Both the position numbers and the translations under genes were made by a program. The notes beneath the pieces were generated by a model. The model was not told the origin of the DNA, searched no databases, and worked only from the letters and a program-made list of their open reading frames with translations. From Acaryochloris thomasi RCC1774 (lineage in GTDB: Bacteria; Cyanobacteriota; Cyanobacteriia; Thermosynechococcales; Thermosynechococcaceae), in the NCBI RefSeq assembly GCF_003231495.1, contig NZ_PQWO01000008.1:120001-152000 (forward strand): a stretch of 32,000 nt of DNA. Direction: 5' to 3'. Positions 26,191-32,000 of this stretch are shown here, in pieces (position 1 is the first letter of the stretch; every line of letters begins with the position of its first letter).

Positions 26191-26425
26191 TTGCCATACG
26201 CCTAAAAGAGGCCTCCAAGTTCATTGGCGTAATCGCCGCGGGCATACTATCAGTGTTCAAATCGTGAAGAAGATCACACATCCATTGACACAAAAATGAT
26301 AGTGTGATTTCCTGAAGCCCAAGCACCCACCACTTTTGAAGCACAAGCTCCACAAAATCACGTGGCACCAGCTTCCAAAAGCGTCTCTGTTGCCGGCCTG
26401 TGCAATCCCACCCTAGACAAAAAAC

Positions 26426-28057
26426 ATGAGTTCAGCACTGACCCCGGATGTTTTTCTCACTGGTACAACTCTCCAGCAGGGTAAATACCGTCTAGATAGC
26501 ATTCTGAGCCAGTCCGACAGCCTAATTATCTATCGTGCGACCCATCGTTGCTTAGACAAAACTGTTACTATTCAGACCCTCCGCAACCGCCCTGAATTAA
26601 ACCCCAATCAGCCCAGGATAGTACAGCGATTCATCTCTGCGGCTCAGAGAGCGGCGCAAGCATCTCACCCTCATCTCATCCACATCAACGATTTGTTCGT
26701 GGAATTAGAGTTACCCTTCCTGGTCATGGATCATCTCGTTGGAGAATCTCTAGGGGAACTTACGGCGAAGCACTCCTTTTCAGAGGAAAAAGCGGTTGAA
26801 TATATTTTTCAGGTTGCTCCCGCTCTAAGTGCCCTGCACCGGCAAAATTGTCTGCACGGATCTCTACAGCCCGAGCATCTGCTACTGCAGGCAGCAGACA
26901 ACCGCATCGTTCTTACAGACCTCGGTCTGGAGAAGTCACTGATGTCAGGGTCGCTAAACTCAGGCTCAGCAGGTTACATCGCGCCTGAGCAATACTCCTC
27001 CAATCAGGGTTTAAGCCCCGCTACTGACGTCTACGCCCTTGCGGCCACTTTTTACACCCTATTAACCGGCCATCGGCCTGTGTGTGCAACATCAAGGCAG
27101 CAAACGTCACTGCCTTCACCTCGTCAATTTTATCCACAACTGAGCCATGCCAGTGAGCAGGCAGTCTTCACTGGCATGGCGCTGAGAGCTTCAGAGCGTC
27201 CTCAATCAATTGAGCAGTGGCTGGCGCTGTTGAGGCCAATGCCTCCATCTAAACCACCAAAGATCAAAGCAACCGTTACACACCTTCAGAAGACGACCCA
27301 GCTCCAGGGTGCTTCGACCGCAAAGCCCTCCTCTGCCCCCCTAAAGCCCCACAGACAAGTTCCTAACGCAACCGCCGAGGCTGAAGTGGCGGCATCTCTC
27401 CTAGTACCGCCGTCTACCCCCCTAAAAGACATGTCTACCCGTTCAAAGCCCCTGACTCATCCAAATCATCCAAAATTTCCGACACGCTTTCTTTGGCTCA
27501 CTAGCGCCATTGCAGGCGTAATGGGACTAGGCTTCGGCTTTGTACTACGGTTTAACTACCTTTCTCAATTTTCAGCCCCCCAGGCTGTCAGTCCCAAAAG
27601 TACAAAAGTTCAAAAAGAATCTTTCCCTCCCAGACCAAAGGCTGAGAGTTCAGACCTTAACCCAACAAATAATGCAGTAGGCAATCTCGCTCCAGAACCA
27701 GGCCCTAGACCACAAGATTTTGCAAACGTTGAGGAACCTGTCAAAAGAGAGAACATCACAGGCACAGCAGGCAGACAGACTCTACGCTCAAGTCAGCCTG
27801 CCCCCAGAGACTCAATTGTAGAGTCTGAGATCGGTGAAATACCTCATGAGTTGACCCCTGCAGGACTAGCGATTCCTCAAGAAGATAACAGCCCTGCACT
27901 GAGTGACTGGGCTGACATCGTCCCCAGCCAGTCAGCTTATCAAACAACATCGCCGGTAGATGAAGAAGCAGACCGCCCCGCAGAGGTCTCACCCCTACCC
28001 GAAGACTTCGATCTGTCTGATGCCCCCGACCGCGAGTTTCTAACACCACAAATTTGA
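26426..28057 (+). CDS. Kinase-fold protein lacking catalytic residues (predicted pseudokinase), with one TM helix and a Pro/Ser-rich tail
   Basis: Hanks-kinase fold is recognisable (HPHLIHINDLF, FLVMDHLVGESL, GYIAPEQ, DVYALAATFYTLLTG). However, the Gly-loop is SQSDSL, VAIK is VTIQ (aa 47-50), HRDxKxxN is HGSLQPEH (aa 144-151) and DFG is DLG (aa 165-167). TM helix FLWLTSAIAGVMGLGFGFVLRF at aa 355-376. Confidence 0.75.
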   Translation: MSSALTPDVFLTGTTLQQGKYRLDSILSQSDSLIIYRATHRCLDKTVTIQTLRNRPELNPNQPRIVQRFISAAQRAAQASHPHLIHINDLFVELELPFLVMDHLVGESLGELTAKHSFSEEKAVEYIFQVAPALSALHRQNCLHGSLQPEHLLLQAADNRIVLTDLGLEKSLMSGSLNSGSAGYIAPEQYSSNQGLSPATDVYALAATFYTLLTGHRPVCATSRQQTSLPSPRQFYPQLSHASEQAVFTGMALRASERPQSIEQWLALLRPMPPSKPPKIKATVTHLQKTTQLQGASTAKPSSAPLKPHRQVPNATAEAEVAASLLVPPSTPLKDMSTRSKPLTHPNHPKFPTRFLWLTSAIAGVMGLGFGFVLRFNYLSQFSAPQAVSPKSTKVQKESFPPRPKAESSDLNPTNNAVGNLAPEPGPRPQDFANVEEPVKRENITGTAGRQTLRSSQPAPRDSIVESEIGEIPHELTPAGLAIPQEDNSPALSDWADIVPSQSAYQTTSPVDEEADRPAEVSPLPEDFDLSDAPDREFLTPQI

Positions 28058-28180
28058 TGGTTTGAGACAGCCGCCTCTGATAGGTTTGTTTTAAGAGCAG
28101 AACTGAGCAGTGCCTGATTGAATTAAGCACTCTTGGAAAACTTGGAGCGTAAGTTAGGTGGGGATAGGGAGCGAGCAAGC

Positions 28181-28186
28181 TATAAT
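28181..28186 (+). promoter_or_regulatory. Candidate -10 box (perfect TATAAT) upstream of the small ORF / ABC1 kinase pair
   Basis: TATAAT lies 30 nt upstream of ATG 28216. There is no good -35 at 17-bp spacing. Confidence 0.3.
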
Positions 28187-28215
28187 TTTTGTAAAGCCCA
28201 ACCAAAATATTCCCC

Positions 28216-28527
28216 ATGAGCAATCCTTTAATCCATGCTTTTTTCCTTGGCAGAGCCACGGCAGAAGTTTTCTATGAAGCGGTTGAGCAAACGCTAACAG
28301 AAACGGTGAGCAACGCTGGTAAATTTGATGCTGAGCAGCGAGAGCGCCTGCGACAGTTCACCAGCCAAGTTATGGAAAGAGCTCAGGCCGCCGAAGCAAC
28401 CGCTGGGACTGGAGAAGCAACAACTGTCCATCAACCTGCAGATCTTCAGGAAACGATTGACGATCTACGAGCTGAGATTGCTCAGCTCCGTTCCGCTCTG
28501 CAAAAATATCGCAGCCATTCTGAGTAG
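28216..28527 (+). CDS. Small conserved hypothetical protein (helical, C-terminal coiled-coil-like)
   Basis: 103 aa with an ATG start and clean protein-like composition (MSNPLIHAFFLGRATAEVFYEAVEQTL...IDDLRAEIAQLRSALQKY). Its stop lies 5 nt before the ABC1 kinase start, suggesting co-transcription. Confidence 0.6.
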   Translation: MSNPLIHAFFLGRATAEVFYEAVEQTLTETVSNAGKFDAEQRERLRQFTSQVMERAQAAEATAGTGEATTVHQPADLQETIDDLRAEIAQLRSALQKYRSHSE

Positions 28528-28532
28528 CCTCA

Positions 28533-30257
28533 GTGTCAATTTTGTTGGCTTCTTTGGTGACCACGAAAGAACAACGTCACGCCTATCGTTGGAATCGAGA
28601 GCGATACTCCCACAGGCGGCGATTCATTGATATCTGGACCTTCGTGCTTCAGTTACTAGCCTCTCGCTGGTGGATGAATCGAAGCTGGAGCTACAGAGGC
28701 GAGAACCTCGAAGGGCAGAGGGCTCAGCGGCGTCGAGCTCAAGCCATTTGGATTCGAGAGACGCTGCTAGAGCTTGGCCCCACATTCATCAAGATCGGCC
28801 AACTGTTCTCGACCCGGGCCGATTTATTTCCGGCAGAATATGTCGAAGAATTAGCTAAGCTTCAAGACCGGGTCCCCGCCTTCGGGTACGAGCTAGTTGA
28901 AAAAATCATCTTGCAGGATTTTGGGAAGACCATTCCCCAACTTTTTAGCTCTTTTGATCCTGTACCGCTTGCCGCAGCTAGTCTAGGACAGGTGCATCGC
29001 GCCCAGTTGTCCTCAGGAGAGACAGTTGTTGTTAAGGTGCAACGACCAGGTCTCAAGAGATTGTTTTCGATTGACCTGCAGATCCTGAAGGGCATCACCC
29101 ATTACTTTCAAAATCATCCTAAATGGGGGCCTGGGCGCGACTGGCTGGGTATCTATGAAGAATGCTGTCGCATTCTCTACGAAGAAATCGATTATCTCAA
29201 CGAGGGGCGCAACGCTGATACCTTTCGGCGAAACTTTCGTGAATATGCCTGGGTCTATGTACCTCGTGTATTTTGGCGCTATTCCACGCCGCGGGCTTTG
29301 ACCCTTGAGTATGTTCCTGGCATTAAGATTAGCGATTATGAAGCCCTTGAAGCGGCTGGCCTCGAGCGCAAGGTCATTGCTCAACTAGGGGCTAAAGCTT
29401 ACTTCCATCAGCTGCTCGATCATGGCTTCTTTCATGCTGATCCCCATCCCGGCAACTTAGCCGTGAGTCCTGAAGGGGCCCTAATTTTTTATGACTTCGG
29501 CATGATGGGCCAGGTCGTTTCCGTCACCCGAGAGAAACTCTTAAATGTATTTTTTAGCATCACCAACAAGGACGCCAATCAACTGATCATTGCTCTGATA
29601 GACTTAGGGGCACTCTCACCTGTCGATGACATGGGTCCCATCCGCAGATCTATGCAGTATATGCTCAATAACTTCATTGATCAGCCCTTTGAAACCCAAT
29701 CAGTCGCCCAGATCGGAGATGATCTATTTGAGATTGCCTATGACAAGCCCTTTCGGTTTCCTGCCACCTTCACCTTTGTGATGCGTGCATTTTCTACGAT
29801 AGAAGGTGTGGGGAAAGGGCTAGACCCTGAATTTAACTTTATGGAGGTTGCACAACCGTTTGCGACAGAGCTTATGACACGTGGAAGCTTTTCTCAAGAT
29901 CAACAAAGTGGCTTGTTGAACGAATTAAGTCGACAAGCAGCACAGGTCAGCAATACTGCAATCAATTTACCCCGTCGTGTGGAGCAAACCCTCGATAAGC
30001 TAGAGCAGGGCGATCTGCGCATGCGAGTCCGTTCTCAAGAAACAGATCGTATTCTTCGACGGCTCAGCTACACCGTGATGGGAACAAACTATGCTCTTCT
30101 GATGGGAGCATTCATTCTCTCAGCCACTATTTTATTAGTTAACAAATACCTCTGGTTGGCAGGAATTGCGATATTCTTCTCTGGGGTCATTGGGATTGGC
30201 TTTCTACGGATGATGAGACGTATTAACCGCTATGATCGCTACGAACGGATGCTCTAG
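28533..30257 (+). CDS. ABC1/UbiB-family atypical kinase with C-terminal TM helices
   Basis: LGPTFIKIGQLFSTRADLFPAEYVEELAKLQDRVPAF, AAASLGQVHRA, VVKVQRPG, FFHADPHPGNL, YDFGMMG are canonical ABC1 motifs. GTG start at 28533. Two hydrophobic helices at the C-terminus. Confidence 0.9.
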   Translation: MSILLASLVTTKEQRHAYRWNRERYSHRRRFIDIWTFVLQLLASRWWMNRSWSYRGENLEGQRAQRRRAQAIWIRETLLELGPTFIKIGQLFSTRADLFPAEYVEELAKLQDRVPAFGYELVEKIILQDFGKTIPQLFSSFDPVPLAAASLGQVHRAQLSSGETVVVKVQRPGLKRLFSIDLQILKGITHYFQNHPKWGPGRDWLGIYEECCRILYEEIDYLNEGRNADTFRRNFREYAWVYVPRVFWRYSTPRALTLEYVPGIKISDYEALEAAGLERKVIAQLGAKAYFHQLLDHGFFHADPHPGNLAVSPEGALIFYDFGMMGQVVSVTREKLLNVFFSITNKDANQLIIALIDLGALSPVDDMGPIRRSMQYMLNNFIDQPFETQSVAQIGDDLFEIAYDKPFRFPATFTFVMRAFSTIEGVGKGLDPEFNFMEVAQPFATELMTRGSFSQDQQSGLLNELSRQAAQVSNTAINLPRRVEQTLDKLEQGDLRMRVRSQETDRILRRLSYTVMGTNYALLMGAFILSATILLVNKYLWLAGIAIFFSGVIGIGFLRMMRRINRYDRYERML

Positions 30258-30301
30258 ATTTTGACTGTAGGCCACCACACTATCAATAATTTGATTCGGG
30301 T

Positions 30302-31063
30302 ATGAAACGCCAATTTTTTGGATTAAGTGATCAGGGATTGGTGAGATCTGCCAATCAAGACTCTTACTACATAGATGATCCAGAGGGTCGCTTTTTTATC
30401 GTTGCTGATGGCATGGGCGGACATGCGGGAGGTGAGGAGGCCAGCCGGATTGCGACGGAGGCGATTCAGGATTACCTCTGTGCTCATTGGAGCACTCAGA
30501 TTGAACCCACGACATTTCTCAGAGATATGCTTCTAGAAGCTAACCGGCATATCTTGGACAATCAGCAGGCTCATCCAGAACGCTCTGATATGGGCACAAC
30601 AATTGTTGTCGTTATTTTTCCAGAGGCCGATCCGCCTTGGTGCGTCCATGTTGGCGACTCTCGGCTATATCGCCTTCGAGAGCAACAGCTTGAGCAAATT
30701 ACAAAAGACCATACCTGGATTTCGCAGGCTGTAGGTTCAGGGTTATTAACGCCGGAGCAAGCCCGCGTCCATCCCTGGCGGCATGTGCTAGCCCAATGCT
30801 TGGGCCGTGAAGAACTCAATCAGATTGATATTCAACCTCTCGATGTGCAGCAAGGAGATCGACTGCTTTTATGTAGCGATGGTCTAACCGAAGAGTTATC
30901 AGATGACTTGATTTCGCCCTATCTCAGCAAAGACTATTCCTGCAGCCAAGCTGCTGAGGCACTGGTGGAGGCGGCAAAGGAAAAAGGAGGACAGGACAAC
31001 ATCACGGTCGTCATTGTTGAAATGGATGCATCTGTAGACGATTCTCCGTCAGACGAGGGCTAA
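30302..31063 (+). CDS. PP2C-family Ser/Thr protein phosphatase (Stp1/PrpC-like)
   Basis: [65 protein letters not shown] are the PPM motifs with metal-binding Asp residues. Confidence 0.9.
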   Translation: MKRQFFGLSDQGLVRSANQDSYYIDDPEGRFFIVADGMGGHAGGEEASRIATEAIQDYLCAHWSTQIEPTTFLRDMLLEANRHILDNQQAHPERSDMGTTIVVVIFPEADPPWCVHVGDSRLYRLREQQLEQITKDHTWISQAVGSGLLTPEQARVHPWRHVLAQCLGREELNQIDIQPLDVQQGDRLLLCSDGLTEELSDDLISPYLSKDYSCSQAAEALVEAAKEKGGQDNITVVIVEMDASVDDSPSDEG

Positions 31064-31113
31064 AGGAACGTCAGTATGAGGGCCGTAATGATCAGAGGCG
31101 GGTTACCCCTTCG

Positions 31114-31923
31114 TTAAATCGTGGCTCGAAGGAGACCTTGATTGAGCTTGCCGCTGCGAAAGCCCTCTAAATCAAGAGTAACGTAGACAAAGCCATAGCT
31201 CTGTAGAGCTTGGACCAGAGCAGGTACGTCGGTCCCAGTGACAAAGTCTTGAATCTGCTCTGCCGGTAATTCAATGCGGGCGGTATCGCCATGAGAGCGA
31301 ACCCGTAGCGTGCAGTGTCCCAAGTTGTGAAGATAGCGCTCTGCTTGCCCAACCCGCTGCAGCTTTTCTGCGGTGATCGTCTCACCATATGGAAATCGAG
31401 AGCTGAGACAGGGCTGTGCAGGCTTATCCCACCAAGGTAATTCAAGGAACCGAGCAAGTTGACGGACTTCTAGCTTTGTTAAGCCAACTTCAGCCAAGGG
31501 CGATCGCGTTCCTCGTTCCTTGGCTGCCTGGATTCCGGGCCGATAATCCTGCAGATCATCGGCGTTGACGCCATCAACCACATATTGATATCCCAACTGC
31601 TGCGCTAGGGGCTTTAGAGTATCGTACAGCTCACTTTTGCAAAAATAGCAGCGGTTGATCGGGTTAGCAGTGTAGTCGGGATTGTCCATTTCGTGGGTCT
31701 CGGTGACCCGGTGGAGAATGCCAATAGTTGCAGCCTGTGCTTTAGCGGCTTCAAGGTCTTCGGACAGCAGAGAAGGAGAAACAGCGGTGACGGCTAGAGC
31801 GCGGTCTCCCAAAACGTCGTGGGCGACTTTGGCCACTAAAGTACTGTCGATCCCTCCTGAGTATGCGACAAGGGCTCTGTCCATCTGAGAAAATATAGCC
31901 TGTAGCGGCTTGAGCTGCTGCAT
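31114..31923 (-). CDS. larE: PP-loop ATP pyrophosphatase, LarE-like sacrificial sulfur transferase family (TIGR00268-like)
   Basis: PP-loop VAYSGGIDSTLVA. Also CYFCK, and PCLSSRFPYG with the LarE-type Cys region. ATG at 31923 (MQQLKPLQ); the track start is TTG 31953. Confidence 0.75.
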   Translation of the reverse strand: MQQLKPLQAIFSQMDRALVAYSGGIDSTLVAKVAHDVLGDRALAVTAVSPSLLSEDLEAAKAQAATIGILHRVTETHEMDNPDYTANPINRCYFCKSELYDTLKPLAQQLGYQYVVDGVNADDLQDYRPGIQAAKERGTRSPLAEVGLTKLEVRQLARFLELPWWDKPAQPCLSSRFPYGETITAEKLQRVGQAERYLHNLGHCTLRVRSHGDTARIELPAEQIQDFVTGTDVPALVQALQSYGFVYVTLDLEGFRSGKLNQGLLRATI

Positions 31924-32000
31924 GAAAACGTGATTTTTTGAGCGACGATCCAACTACAGCCTAGCGAACTTTATGGCAGTTCATGTCTCACGGAGGTCTA

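Noticed and set aside
26171-26368. 65-aa minus-strand ORF between ribD and the pseudokinase
   Set aside because: No start context or motifs. The region is better explained as the ribD terminator plus the promoter region of the downstream gene.
27756-28259. 167-aa minus-strand ORF spanning the pseudokinase 3' end and the following intergenic region
   Set aside because: It is antisense to two better-supported + strand genes. Its composition looks random (Leu/Arg/Ser/Gly-rich) and it has no recognisable motif or signal.
1-32000. CRISPR arrays, IS elements/transposases, integrases, tRNA/rRNA genes
   Set aside because: I noticed no regularly spaced direct repeats, no transposase- or integrase-like ORF in the six-frame track, and no tRNA-like cloverleaf candidates in the intergenic regions. 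A computational scan (tRNAscan-SE, ISfinder, CRISPR finders) would be needed to exclude them formally.

Overview
This looks like a cyanobacterial chromosomal segment. The HIP1 octamer GCGATCGC occurs at least 12 times, and psaL, psbK, ribD, tlyA-like and ygfZ-like genes are present. I support about 22 protein-coding genes, including psbK, which the ORF track missed because it is under 60 aa. I recognised no rRNA, tRNA, CRISPR array, transposase or integrase. All family assignments come from reading motifs in the translations, with no database search. The strongest candidate for a novel system is a two-gene + strand cassette at 12461-14889. Its first gene is an SMC/ABC-type (COG3950/AAA_15-21-like) ATPase carrying a complete TIR domain inserted between the Walker A and signature/Walker B halves. 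The second gene is a Cys4 HNH nuclease whose ATG overlaps the ATPase stop (ATGA). The ATPase + HNH pairing matches Septu (PtuA/PtuB), but I do not know the embedded TIR from described Septu systems. The ATPase gene is also far more AT-rich than its neighbours. A 1404-aa SNF2 helicase converges on the cassette. Secondary observations: a winged-helix-like insertion in an amine-oxidase-type flavoprotein within a low-GC tract; a membrane-anchored predicted pseudokinase in a kinase / ABC1 kinase / PP2C cluster; and a secreted Arg/His/Pro-rich BON-domain protein.
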